64,000 bases of DNA from the NCBI GenBank assembly GCA_011364905.1, contig RDNZ01000006.1:34865-98864 (forward strand), written 5' to 3'. The DNA is from Candidatus Thorarchaeota archaeon. Lineage in GTDB: Archaea; Asgardarchaeota; Thorarchaeia; Thorarchaeales; Thorarchaeaceae. Shown here one piece after another: positions 1 through 9,738 of the stretch. Position numbers and translations under genes: made by a program. Within the stretch, counting starts at the first letter, position 1, and every line of letters begins with the position of its first letter. Under the pieces are notes generated by a model, which saw nothing but the letters and a program-made list of their open reading frames with translations, was not told where the DNA came from and made no database searches.

Positions 1-98
1 TGAGCGACTATATTGAGATGAGTTCACCTCCAAAGAAGAATAGGAAGAAATCCAAGAAACCTTCGAAGCAAAAGAAGAGGAGGGCTCGAAAGAAGTGA
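1..98 (+). CDS. 3' end of a gene truncated by the window edge; very basic C-terminal tail (SDYIEMSSPPKKNRKKSKKPSKQKKRRARKK*)
   Basis: Open frame from nt 3 to TGA at 96-98, overlapping the GTG start of the next gene (GTGA coupling). Confidence 0.65.
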   Translation, partial: SDYIEMSSPPKKNRKKSKKPSKQKKRRARKK

Positions 99-1600
99 GC
101 AAGAAGAAAGGCGTCTTGGATTTGAACATCTATGAAACTAAAGCAATGAGAGAACTGAAGAAGATTGCATATGACATAGACTCGCCTGATTTGGGTGTGA
201 TGTATGATGCTGTTGGTAGATTAGCAGCTCACAATACAGGTAGATCACTTCTTCCTAAAACAATGGAGCTTCTTAGCTCCACAGATCAGAATGTGAAGCA
301 GGCTGCATTCACAGTCGCCGGAAAATATGCCTTTGGAGCCTACATCGGAGAGTTCTTCACTGAGCTAAAGAATCTGAATCCTGTCGAAAGGGAGCAGGTT
401 CTTCAAGGGATTCAGGAAATGTTCTATCAAACAGGAGGGCCTGAATCAGTTTCTGAGCAGAAGAATTGGATAACAGCACTGGAAGGTCTCGGCAAAGAGC
501 ATCAAAGCGCTGTTTTTGTTTTAATGAGGTTCCTCGGAGACCATGGTAGAAGGTGGGTAACTCGTCAGATTCGCAATAATATTGAAAACATGTCGTTGGG
601 AGCTGTCCCGACTCTCAATGGATTTCCTAAAGGTACCCGGAAAAGACTAATCAAACTCTTGGCAAAAACGGCATCCAGCAAGAGGAGAGATATGCTACCC
701 TACATATGTGGGATTGTTGACCACTCTACATTCAGCAATCTCTCAGTGTTTCTTAAGGGAAGTAAGTGGCAAGAAAGAGTTGAGATTGCGTCAGCTATCT
801 CAGGTATTGGAATCAACTCAGCATCGGGGTTGATAATGGAACTAGTTGGGGATTCTAATTGGCAAGTGAAGCAAGCCCTACTTGAACATCTGAACATACA
901 TAGCTCTAAGTTTTCTGCAGTCACAAAAATTCTGAGTTTCCTCGTGAAGGAAACTCATAGTAGAGTAAGAGGGCAAGCTGAGCGGACTCTATTGATGCTA
1001 GGTTCAATAGCTTGTTCGAACTCCAACTTAGGTGATCAGCGAAGAAAACTGGAAAAACAATATCGCACACAATTGCTTAAAGCGGCTCAAGCCAACAAAG
1101 ATGTGGATACTGGTTGGTTGGGTATTGAGGTTGAGAAAGCAGATCCTATGTATGAGATTATGAAGAAGGTGACCATTGAAGACAGCGAATCACCAGAATC
1201 AATACCTGAACCGGAGGGGGTTTCGCTTTCTGATTTGGAAACTCCTGCTTCCAAAGGAGAAACGCCAGGTCTAGAACAGGAAGATAAGTCAATACTCCTA
1301 AGTGCTCTATTAGGAGCCCAAAAGAAATCTGTGGAAGAATCAGCTGAGGTAGAAGAAATCAGTCCACAGGATCTCCCTCTTGATCCAACAATCCCAGCTC
1401 CAAGCAAGTTCTTGTTGCTTCTGCAGCGATTAACAGAAAAAGTTGGCAAAGATGTTCCAGTGAATGATTTATTGATCAAAGCTGAGGAATCAGGCATGAC
1501 CGAGGATGAGTTCACAAATGCAATGCAGGACCTAGAGAAACAAGGAATCATCTATCGATCAAAAAAGGGAACTGTTAGCTATGTTGACATTGAACTCTAG
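95..1600 (+). CDS. HEAT/ARM-repeat protein with acidic linker and C-terminal winged-helix domain
   Basis: HEAT-like units (LLSSTDQNVKQAAF, LVGDSNWQVKQALL, LVKETHSRVRGQAE); E/P/S-rich linker; C-terminal GMTEDEFTNAMQDLEKQGIIYRSKKGTV wH pattern. Confidence 0.7.
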   Translation: MSKKKGVLDLNIYETKAMRELKKIAYDIDSPDLGVMYDAVGRLAAHNTGRSLLPKTMELLSSTDQNVKQAAFTVAGKYAFGAYIGEFFTELKNLNPVEREQVLQGIQEMFYQTGGPESVSEQKNWITALEGLGKEHQSAVFVLMRFLGDHGRRWVTRQIRNNIENMSLGAVPTLNGFPKGTRKRLIKLLAKTASSKRRDMLPYICGIVDHSTFSNLSVFLKGSKWQERVEIASAISGIGINSASGLIMELVGDSNWQVKQALLEHLNIHSSKFSAVTKILSFLVKETHSRVRGQAERTLLMLGSIACSNSNLGDQRRKLEKQYRTQLLKAAQANKDVDTGWLGIEVEKADPMYEIMKKVTIEDSESPESIPEPEGVSLSDLETPASKGETPGLEQEDKSILLSALLGAQKKSVEESAEVEEISPQDLPLDPTIPAPSKFLLLLQRLTEKVGKDVPVNDLLIKAEESGMTEDEFTNAMQDLEKQGIIYRSKKGTVSYVDIEL

Positions 1601-1668
1601 TTGACTGAAGTCAACACAAAGACTAATCTTGCAGCCTGCAGATACATCAAACTCGGCGGAGCATAGCA

Positions 1669-3000
1669 ATGAGTGAAGATCTCCTAATCAAGAATGGTAT
1701 GATTGTCACTGGCGACAAGAGAGGAACTGTGATCTCAAAGGGCTTTATCAGGGTAAGTGGCGCTAGAATCGCAGAAATAAGTGAAGGCAATCCGAACTTC
1801 ACTGCTGACAAAGTAATCGATGCAACAGGTTGCTTAGTCATTCCGGGACTGGTCACCGCACACACTCATCTCTATGGAATTTTATTGCGCGGTGCGAGCC
1901 TGAATATTAGTCCGCCTACAGATTTTGCACAGGTCCTGCAACGAGTATGGTGGCCAGTTGATGAGGCCCTGACACTTCAGGATGCCTATGCAAGCGCTCT
2001 TTCTGCCAGTGCAGATATGCTTAGGAATGGTTCAACCCTCTTTGCCGACACTTATTCTGGTCCCAACTCCATAGAAGGAAGCCTTCAGGAAATCGCTCGA
2101 GGTACGAAGGAGGTAGGAATGCGCGGTGTCTTGGCATTTGAAATGACTGAGAGAAACAATCCAGAAGAGGCGCATAGAGGCTTCCAAGAGGGTGTGAAAT
2201 TCATTCAATCCTGCAAGAAAGATGACCTTGTTTCTGGCATGGTTAGCCTTCATGCATCATTTACGGTGGGTGACAAAACAGTCGAAGAGGCAGCGAATGA
2301 GGCAAAGAAACTCGATGTTCCAATCACAGTTCATACTTCTGAGGGACTTGTTGACCTTTACCATAATCTTGAGGCCACAGGAGAGCGCACCGTCGAGAGG
2401 CTAGATAGATTGGGTGTATTGGGCCCAAAGACAGTCTTGGCTCACTGCGTCCATGTGAATGACCACGAGATAGAACTGATTGCCAAAAGGCGGGCTTCAG
2501 TTGCGCATAATCCAATGAGCAACATGCTGAATGCAGTGGGAGTAGCCCCAGTAACAAAGATGCTTGAGAAGGGAATCACGGTCGGTCTCGGAAATGACGG
2601 TTGGATTTACGATCCATTTGAGAATATGAGATGTGCGCTTACTGTTCATCGATTAGCTAGTGGCAATCCCAGTGCAATAGGTCCTGAAGAGGTTTTCAGA
2701 ATGGCAACAATCGAAGGTGCGCACTGCTATGGTTTTGGAAACGATCTTGGAAGTCTTGAAAAACGGAAACTCGCAGACATTGCAATTCTTGAAGGCTCTC
2801 GAGTACCAACGCCTCTTACTTCCGAATCTGTAATCGGACATCTAGTCAATACATTTAGTGGACGAGATGTGAGAGATGTAGTCGTAAATGGAGATATTGT
2901 TGTCCAGAATAGACTTCTCACAAAAACAACAGATACTCACGTTTCGAAGGTTTCAAGGGAATCAGCCATGGGCCTTTGGTCAAGAATTAACTTAAAATGA
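1669..3000 (+). CDS. Metal-dependent amidohydrolase, SsnA/MtaD (MTA/SAH deaminase) family
   Basis: PGLVTAHTH metal motif, VHTSEG, AHCVH, HNPMSN, GLGNDG. Confidence 0.85.
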   Translation: MSEDLLIKNGMIVTGDKRGTVISKGFIRVSGARIAEISEGNPNFTADKVIDATGCLVIPGLVTAHTHLYGILLRGASLNISPPTDFAQVLQRVWWPVDEALTLQDAYASALSASADMLRNGSTLFADTYSGPNSIEGSLQEIARGTKEVGMRGVLAFEMTERNNPEEAHRGFQEGVKFIQSCKKDDLVSGMVSLHASFTVGDKTVEEAANEAKKLDVPITVHTSEGLVDLYHNLEATGERTVERLDRLGVLGPKTVLAHCVHVNDHEIELIAKRRASVAHNPMSNMLNAVGVAPVTKMLEKGITVGLGNDGWIYDPFENMRCALTVHRLASGNPSAIGPEEVFRMATIEGAHCYGFGNDLGSLEKRKLADIAILEGSRVPTPLTSESVIGHLVNTFSGRDVRDVVVNGDIVVQNRLLTKTTDTHVSKVSRESAMGLWSRINLK

Positions 3001-3030
3001 AAAAGAAAGAGGAGTGGGGCAAAACCCCAC
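3001..3030 (-). terminator. Hairpin GTGGGG-CAAAA-CCCCAC with T-rich tail on the minus strand, between convergent genes
   Basis: Perfect 6-bp stem 3014-3019/3025-3030 adjacent to an A-rich run at 3001-3010. Confidence 0.55.
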
Positions 3031-3035
3031 ATCAA

Positions 3036-3728
3036 TTACCTACGGCGAATGCAGACTACTGCACCCAAAATGACGATTACTCCAACTCCAATTCCCACAT
3101 ATAGGATGTTATCTTGAAGAAGCTGCACTATGTCAAGTCCAAGCCCATCACGAACCAGCGAAAATGAGCTCTTCTTGTGTGATGTGCTGTTAGTTGATTC
3201 AATGTTGAACCTTGCGCAAACACCATTGGATTTGGAATACTGCACATAAATCTGGGAGGGAGAGTCGTCATCCATGTAGCTGAGCCTAATTCCCCAAAAC
3301 GCTGAATCAGAGACTATCGTATGATTCACTGTCCACCATGGAGCAGCTGCAGCCAAATCAGCAAGAAGTGAAAAATTCCCTATTGGAACAATGAAGACTC
3401 CTCCCACAAGAATCGACGCGAAACCAATAACCACGGCTTCAGCAATTGCAGGCGTTCCGTTGGTATACACCATATTTGCAAGGACGACGGGGATGCTGAG
3501 CCAAGTCGTTAATGGATCAGAAAGGGCAGGTGTGCTACCAGTTACAGTTATGTTCATACCTTCATCATAAGTCTGTACTCCTTCATCCACCATTCTCAAG
3601 CGGTAGGTGAACTCATCATTCTGCGCTACACCCCACTCCAATCCCTGAGTTGTTGCTGCTGCAACTGGGGAGATGAGGATCATAGCTAAGAATGACATTA
3701 CTAGCACTGTCTGTAGCGTGCGTTTCAA
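3036..3728 (-). CDS. Secreted, C-terminally membrane-anchored hypothetical protein
   Basis: Signal peptide ending ISPVAA, N-glycosylation sequons, C-terminal TM followed by RRR. Confidence 0.75.
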   Translation of the reverse strand: MKRTLQTVLVMSFLAMILISPVAAATTQGLEWGVAQNDEFTYRLRMVDEGVQTYDEGMNITVTGSTPALSDPLTTWLSIPVVLANMVYTNGTPAIAEAVVIGFASILVGGVFIVPIGNFSLLADLAAAAPWWTVNHTIVSDSAFWGIRLSYMDDDSPSQIYVQYSKSNGVCARFNIESTNSTSHKKSSFSLVRDGLGLDIVQLLQDNILYVGIGVGVIVILGAVVCIRRR

Positions 3729-3854
3729 TTTCTTTTCTCCTAAACCCGCGTATGCGGTTCACATCGATGAAAAAAAGTAGATAGAAAAAGGCTTTGTGCA
3801 CGTACTGGTGCTAGAGGGACAGAGTTTTCAATGAGAAGTATATTGCCGCAATAG

Positions 3855-4805
3855 GTGCGACCACTGAACCCTGAATTAACATTTAACGAACCAATTTTCG
3901 ATGCTCATGTTCACCTAGTTGATACTGATGCTTTGGATACGTTAGTTCAGGTGGGCAAAGACTTCGGAGTAAAAGAGTGGCTTCTTATCTGCCACAGTCT
4001 CGGTGCAAAGAAATATGCTAAAGAAGAATATCCAGGTTGCTTCACCTTCGCTAAGTATCTCCCAGGGGTAATGCGTTTCGTCGATGGCATAGAGCCAATT
4101 CTCAAAGAGATTGCCACTCTACATGAAGAGGGCTATCAAGTGGCAAAGATGCAGTCAGCTCCTGTAATGAGAGGAAGAGCTTCGGCCGATCCGGAAGCGT
4201 TGCGAATGGATGACGATGAGATGGCGAGAATGTTCGATGCACTGAAAGACGAGGAAATTCCATTCTTACTTCACCTATCTGACCCAGACACATATTATGC
4301 AACAAAATACACGGACTCCTCAATTTATACATCTAAAGAGAGAGATCTTGAAGAAATGGAAGGAGTGCTCAAAAGACATAGTTCTTTGAATATTCAATTA
4401 GCACACTTCGCAGCTCAACCAGAAATTCCCAGACTGGATAATCTTGCACGATGGTTCGACACGTATTCCAACTTCATCATCGATACTAGCTCTGCAAGAT
4501 GGGTGTCAAGAGAACTTAGTAAGAATCCGAAGAAGGCTAGGGAGTTCCTTGTCAAGTACCAAGACAGAATCGTCTTTGGTACTGACTGTGTCGCATGGAG
4601 ACCTCAGAGAGACTACTACGCTGGAAGATACCTTGCCCTCAGACTATTGCTTGAATCCTCAGTTGAAAATCGTCCATTGCCATTTCCAGATGCAGACACG
4701 GTCGATTCTGGAGGTACCTTCATCAATGGCCTACACCTCCCAATAGGTGTCCTTGAGAAAATCTATTGGAAGAATGCCAAAGATTTCTACGCAGAATTCA
4801 TCTAA
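3855..4805 (+). CDS. Amidohydrolase-2 family (TIM-barrel metallohydrolase)
   Basis: IFDAHVH, LLHLSDP, LAHF, DTSS, IVFGTD, KIYWKNA motifs. Confidence 0.85.
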   Translation: MRPLNPELTFNEPIFDAHVHLVDTDALDTLVQVGKDFGVKEWLLICHSLGAKKYAKEEYPGCFTFAKYLPGVMRFVDGIEPILKEIATLHEEGYQVAKMQSAPVMRGRASADPEALRMDDDEMARMFDALKDEEIPFLLHLSDPDTYYATKYTDSSIYTSKERDLEEMEGVLKRHSSLNIQLAHFAAQPEIPRLDNLARWFDTYSNFIIDTSSARWVSRELSKNPKKAREFLVKYQDRIVFGTDCVAWRPQRDYYAGRYLALRLLLESSVENRPLPFPDADTVDSGGTFINGLHLPIGVLEKIYWKNAKDFYAEFI

Positions 4806-4808
4806 ATT

Positions 4809-5561
4809 CTAAAGCATGATAGATAAACAAGTAAGTGCACCATCGCATTTCTCAAACTCGCTCATGTCAAGCTGGACTGTATCGAAGCCAGCTTCTTTGA
4901 CAAGTTGCGCTGTTTTATTGTGACGCTTTGACAGAATGACACATCCCTCTATCGTAAGTGTGTTTGCGGAATGCGATTCATTCGCAGGAAGTATGATTTT
5001 GGTAAAGGGTTTTAGAACAGGTTCACCCGCATACTTTTCATTCACGAGCACGATGTTCCTATCTAGATATGTGACATGGCTCTTGATATGCATGATTCTT
5101 GGATCCTCAATGATTCTGACTGGAACCTCTAGCCATTGTTCCATCTGAGAAGCGCCTTCAGGATTGGTTCGCTGAGTTATGCCACATATTAGCTGGCCAG
5201 GCACGTGGACTACATCACCTCCTTCTAATGTTCCAGGTGTGGTCACCGAGGAAACCTGTAGAAACTCAGAGAGAACCTCCTCAACTCTGGTGCTTTCACC
5301 TCTCCGGCTTTCTTTCGCCATCCGTCCGATTATTGCACGTGAACCATGTACCACAACAGTGTCTTCAACAAAACAAGCATCAGGGTGTTCGTCATCAGGC
5401 GTCAGTTCCACGAGTTCTATTCCCAAATCCTGAAGAGTCTTGCAGTAACGTCTATGCTGATCCAGCGCTAATTCGAGGTTCAAAGTGTGATGAAAGGGGT
5501 GACGGGACAGACACTTTTTGAATTCCCGCCCTGGCGGACGGACAATTGCTCGTTTTAGCAT
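4809..5561 (-). CDS. Dimethylarginine dimethylaminohydrolase (amidinotransferase superfamily)
   Basis: PDACFVEDT, LEGGDV, HIKS, SEFEKCDGALTCLS with Asp/His/Cys triad; start placed at MLKRAIVRPP. Confidence 0.9.
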   Translation of the reverse strand: MLKRAIVRPPGREFKKCLSRHPFHHTLNLELALDQHRRYCKTLQDLGIELVELTPDDEHPDACFVEDTVVVHGSRAIIGRMAKESRRGESTRVEEVLSEFLQVSSVTTPGTLEGGDVVHVPGQLICGITQRTNPEGASQMEQWLEVPVRIIEDPRIMHIKSHVTYLDRNIVLVNEKYAGEPVLKPFTKIILPANESHSANTLTIEGCVILSKRHNKTAQLVKEAGFDTVQLDMSEFEKCDGALTCLSIML

Positions 5562-5633
5562 CTCAGACACACACTGCAAGACGAGCGTGCCTTTGATATA
5601 TCTGGTTTTTCGTGACTATAGCATGGCGTACTG

Positions 5634-5936
5634 CTAGTTCTTTGACCTCTTTTTTTTCTTTGAAGAAAGGAATTGCGTCAAGTCACTCTGTTGAACAGGA
5701 CCAAATCTCCATGCCAGACTTTGGGGATCACGCTCTATGATTTCCTCTCGTAACAGGTGCTTCAAATGGTAAAGAACAGTATTGTATGTAACATTCACTT
5801 GCTGAGCTATTTCCGTCGTGGTGATCCAAGATTCATTATCAAGAAGCCTGATTATTTCAGTACGCGTGAGAAGACCTCTCCTAACATTCCGAATCATGCT
5901 TAGATACGCAAGCCGGTCGATGCTCAAAGTCCTCAC
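5634..5936 (-). CDS. Winged-helix DNA-binding protein (ArsR/Lrp-like HTH)
   Basis: TTTEIAQQVNVTYNTVLYHLKHLLREEIIER; basic C-terminal tail. Confidence 0.8.
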   Translation of the reverse strand: MRTLSIDRLAYLSMIRNVRRGLLTRTEIIRLLDNESWITTTEIAQQVNVTYNTVLYHLKHLLREEIIERDPQSLAWRFGPVQQSDLTQFLSSKKKKRSKN

Positions 5937-5986
5937 CAGATAAAAGCAATACTCAACCGACTAAGTGTCTTCTGGTTAGCAAGATA

Positions 5987-6307
5987 TCAGTCAAGTTTGG
6001 TGCCAAGTAGGTGTTTGAAGGCTGCAGGCTCATTATCCTCAGAGATAGGACGAATCCGATAATCGGGATATCTATGACTCAACTGCGCGGCTGCCCGAGT
6101 GCCCATGAGTTTCTTAAAGATGTCAGCCCCCTTTCCTCTCCATAAATAGACGGTCTTGTTTTCATGAACTATAAAGACAAGTACCTGGTTTGTGTCGACT
6201 TCTACAACAGTGGCTTGTGATTTAGTCATCTTGGCCTCTGAATCGATTTCGAACGCTTCAACCATTTCTTTAGCCTCAAGCTGCATCATCAATTCATGCA
6301 GACCCAC
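5987..6307 (-). CDS. Single-domain gelsolin-like protein (Asgard eukaryotic signature protein)
   Basis: Gelsolin repeat pattern VLVFIV..KTVYLWRGKGA...K..G...A..L......I..ISEDNEPAAFKHLL. Confidence 0.8.
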   Translation of the reverse strand: MGLHELMMQLEAKEMVEAFEIDSEAKMTKSQATVVEVDTNQVLVFIVHENKTVYLWRGKGADIFKKLMGTRAAAQLSHRYPDYRIRPISEDNEPAAFKHLLGTKLD

Positions 6308-6439
6308 TTATGAGGGTTTTTCAGTGAAAATCAAAGGTCCGACATATCGTTAAATATGCACTCTGAGATTGGAAGTTGCTCAAAAGGATGAAATTTGTTC
6401 CCTTAAAGAGAAGAGATCACACAAAGAGTACATCGCGAT

Positions 6440-7180
6440 GTGAGTCTGTTGCCAGAAAAGAGACAATCAACAATCAAGTTTATTGATCGTCATATGCGTA
6501 AGATTGACATTAACCTAGGCGGACTCGATATTTCTTTTCCATTGAATGCAATCCCAGATATTCTCTATGAAGCATTGGTGAACACTCTTGAGGGAGCCAG
6601 AGATACAGAAGAAAAGGTTCGTAGGTTGTACGAATCCACTCTTATGAAACCCACAATCTCCACGCAGAATGCAATGGGGATTTTCCCAATAAACGCAGCC
6701 AAAAAGATTGTTCGACTGACGCTAACAGATGAGGCACTCGAGGAAAAAATTCTAGAACTTGAGGGAGCTGAGCTATCATTCCAAGGCAGACCTTTCTCTG
6801 AAACTGTAGATGAACGCATTGAGCTCTATCAAGATGTTATGTTAGACGACAAGAAAATAGACAGATACCGTTTTGGTTGTGCCGAGATGTACGGAGACGT
6901 GACCTACCAAAATATACTTCGCGATCCCAGAGTCAGTCTAAGCTTCTTCTGGGTACAATCCGATGAACCTCAGAACCAGAGCTATCAAATCAATTGCATT
7001 GCAGAAGTAGTGCCTCCTGGAGACCCCTTCTTCAGATATATGCGAATCATGAGGCGTCTTTTTAGCTCCAAGCTTCTTGATCTTCGAGGAACGGAGGATT
7101 ATGTCTGTGCGTACAAGTTCTGGGTGTGTGAAACAAAGGAAAAGTCTCTGACAGAGAAAGCAGGGTATTCCCGACTTTGA
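6440..7180 (+). CDS. Hypothetical protein with pyridoxamine-5'-phosphate-oxidase-like (FMN split barrel) C-terminal region
   Basis: TYQNILRDPRVSLSF...SYQINCIAEVV pattern. Confidence 0.55.
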   Translation: MSLLPEKRQSTIKFIDRHMRKIDINLGGLDISFPLNAIPDILYEALVNTLEGARDTEEKVRRLYESTLMKPTISTQNAMGIFPINAAKKIVRLTLTDEALEEKILELEGAELSFQGRPFSETVDERIELYQDVMLDDKKIDRYRFGCAEMYGDVTYQNILRDPRVSLSFFWVQSDEPQNQSYQINCIAEVVPPGDPFFRYMRIMRRLFSSKLLDLRGTEDYVCAYKFWVCETKEKSLTEKAGYSRL

Positions 7181-9733
7181 TCAGTAGTTTGTGACCCTCA
7201 ATAGTTTCTCCGGTAGTTCCTCAATGGAAGCGATATCTAAGACCACTCCATGAGCATGCTTGGCTAGGGCATCGGCGGCTTGAGGATTATAGGAAGATTT
7301 TGGAACGATTATAATCATCTTAATCCCTAATGGCTTCATTCGCTCAGCAAGTTGTTCGCATATAGCTTGATCACTCAAATACATGTCAGTTGAGAAGATG
7401 AAGACTTTTTCTTTCGCACGAGTGTCCTCAAAATTCTGAAGAGCCAGTTTCATTGACTCTGCGCCACCCGTTCCACCTCCAGCTCTCGCTTCCAGGAGAT
7501 CAGCGGCAACCTTGTCTACTGAAACATTCTTTTCCGACATGGTCTTGACAACATGAGTGACGCTGTCGAAGAGAACAACCCCAAAATCGTCACGTTTGAT
7601 TCCATAGAGTCCGGCCATCACCGAAATTGCTAACATACCCAGTTTCTCAGCTGAGTTCATGGAGCCACTCTTGTCCAATGCCCAGTAGAAAGCACGGTGT
7701 CCTTGATATGTTTCAGTCACCAAGAAGTCGGAGTCCTCGATCATCTTGAAGTTTGTCTGCCCTTGAGACATCAAAGACTCAATGGTCTCTTCGAGGTCTA
7801 TAAGATCAAAGTCATCCCCTATCCTGAAAGGCCTGACTGTTGTCGACTCTAAGAGACCGCCCAGCATGCTACTGCCCATTGTTTGTCTGGCATATCTCAT
7901 CCCCAAGTCTATCAAAAGACGCCTTGCGATCTCTCTGAGTTTCTTTTTGAGCTCATCTGGCAACTGGTCTCTGTATGCATACCAAATGCGGATGATGTTG
8001 GTTGCAGGACCGCCTAAAAGTCCCCCAAATGCCATTTCGGCACGATTCTTATCATAGGGCTGAGACCCCGTTCCTCCCCCAGGTCCAGTGCCAGATCCAT
8101 ATCTTTGGGCACCATAACCTCGACTTCCAGTTCCCAATGCCGCATGAAGGTCTTCGTGAGCAATTGCACCAAGTGCGCTTTGATTTCCCTTCTCTGCGGC
8201 TATATCAGCAAGTTGCCGCAATTGCTGACCAGAAAGACCAGCTGCAGAAACAAGATTGTGAAGACGATCAAAATCTGACACGCCCGCCTCAATCAGTTTC
8301 TTGATGACATCATATGAGGGATTCAGGAGTTCAAGGATTTCTGCCTCTGACATCCCAAGACGATCTCCTGCTTTTCTAATCGATTCTTTTGAGGGCACTT
8401 GACCCATTCGAGAGAGTTGCTTGACAGTGTTTCGAAGATGCGTCTTAGTAGGAGATGTGTCGCATGCGGCATCAGCAAGCTTTTGCATGGCTTTGCCCCA
8501 TTCCTTTTTTGTATGGTTGGTTGAAAGCTCAGAACTCATTCCCATCCCTTGAGATACTGACGATCTCAAGAAATCAGAAGGGGAGGATCTTGCTTTGGCG
8601 TCCTGAATCGTTGACTCAGTTTGTTTCTCAAGAAGACTGTCCCAACTCTGATTGTCACGAGCAGAGTCCGCCAATTGTCGCATGTCTACATTGTTGTGTC
8701 CGCCGTTGTCATATTCCGCATCGTAGGCCTTGAGAAGGTCCTCCATTATGTCTTGACCTGTATGCTTCTTGATTTTCTCAGCAAAAGCAGCAGAGTCACT
8801 GAGAGAGTATCTAGTTGCTGCGTCCTGAATATGCTTTTCCAGATTATCAGGCACACGTCCCAGCTCAGCTGCGTAGTCTGTAACCTCGCTAAGGTCAGAG
8901 AGATTATCTTGTAGAGTTTGGTCCAAAGATTCCCTAGTCTTCTCATCAAGAGTTCCCATTTCTTCCATATGTTTCAGAGCTCGCGCGGCAGTGCTCGGAT
9001 CTCTACGTGCTAAGTCCGAAAATGATTGCTCAATGTCTTTGTCGCCGCGAAGAGCTTTTCCTGCCAACTGCTCTGCGGCGTTTGGCAACTCGCAGACTTC
9101 ATCCAACACCTGAAGGGTCTGAGAATTCTTCAGGTCTTGGGAAGTGAGCGCACCAGCTTTATCAAGAAGTTTAGAGCTAGCATTATCCATAAGCTCCTGG
9201 TTGCTCGTGATACCGCGAAGCACGATATCCCCATCTGTCAAGTAATCTGTCGCAGCCTCGTATAACTGCTGGTCTCCATTCTTGTGAAGTTCTTGTAAGT
9301 AGTCGTAACCAGCTTTCACCTTCTCTTTCTTTATGACCTTCGCGAGCTCTTGTTCTCGTCGAATCTGGTCCATCACCTTCTCTAAGGCGTCTTTCTGTTT
9401 CTTTGAGGCGTCAGCTGCAGCAGCTGCTTGTTCCTTTTCACTGGGTTTTGGCCGTTCTACTTTTTCTCGTCCAAGAAGAATGTCCTCTGCAATCTCCCTA
9501 GCAATATCCTGATCTGGCGGATATGTTGTGAAGACAGCCGCTTCGAGGAAGTCTTCAAGGGTCAGTTGTCCATTCCTGAAATATCTGGCAGAAAGGAGTT
9601 GTGGGATCGACTGTGTCTGCCGGACACTTGGCTTTTTGGCCACATCCCTTCTATTTCGCATCCGCTTGGTAAACTCGTAAGCAAAGGGAGGTGCATTACT
9701 AGGCACAGGAGTGACTCGAGGCTCAGTAGCCAT
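7181..9733 (-). CDS. Large vWA-domain protein, partner of the MoxR ATPase
   Basis: MIDAS DKSGSM, GGGT, FSTD; IDLEETIE pre-vWA motif; long helical middle and Gly-rich linker. Confidence 0.9.
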   Translation of the reverse strand: MATEPRVTPVPSNAPPFAYEFTKRMRNRRDVAKKPSVRQTQSIPQLLSARYFRNGQLTLEDFLEAAVFTTYPPDQDIAREIAEDILLGREKVERPKPSEKEQAAAAADASKKQKDALEKVMDQIRREQELAKVIKKEKVKAGYDYLQELHKNGDQQLYEAATDYLTDGDIVLRGITSNQELMDNASSKLLDKAGALTSQDLKNSQTLQVLDEVCELPNAAEQLAGKALRGDKDIEQSFSDLARRDPSTAARALKHMEEMGTLDEKTRESLDQTLQDNLSDLSEVTDYAAELGRVPDNLEKHIQDAATRYSLSDSAAFAEKIKKHTGQDIMEDLLKAYDAEYDNGGHNNVDMRQLADSARDNQSWDSLLEKQTESTIQDAKARSSPSDFLRSSVSQGMGMSSELSTNHTKKEWGKAMQKLADAACDTSPTKTHLRNTVKQLSRMGQVPSKESIRKAGDRLGMSEAEILELLNPSYDVIKKLIEAGVSDFDRLHNLVSAAGLSGQQLRQLADIAAEKGNQSALGAIAHEDLHAALGTGSRGYGAQRYGSGTGPGGGTGSQPYDKNRAEMAFGGLLGGPATNIIRIWYAYRDQLPDELKKKLREIARRLLIDLGMRYARQTMGSSMLGGLLESTTVRPFRIGDDFDLIDLEETIESLMSQGQTNFKMIEDSDFLVTETYQGHRAFYWALDKSGSMNSAEKLGMLAISVMAGLYGIKRDDFGVVLFDSVTHVVKTMSEKNVSVDKVAADLLEARAGGGTGGAESMKLALQNFEDTRAKEKVFIFSTDMYLSDQAICEQLAERMKPLGIKMIIIVPKSSYNPQAADALAKHAHGVVLDIASIEELPEKLLRVTNY

Positions 9734-9738
9734 TTCAG

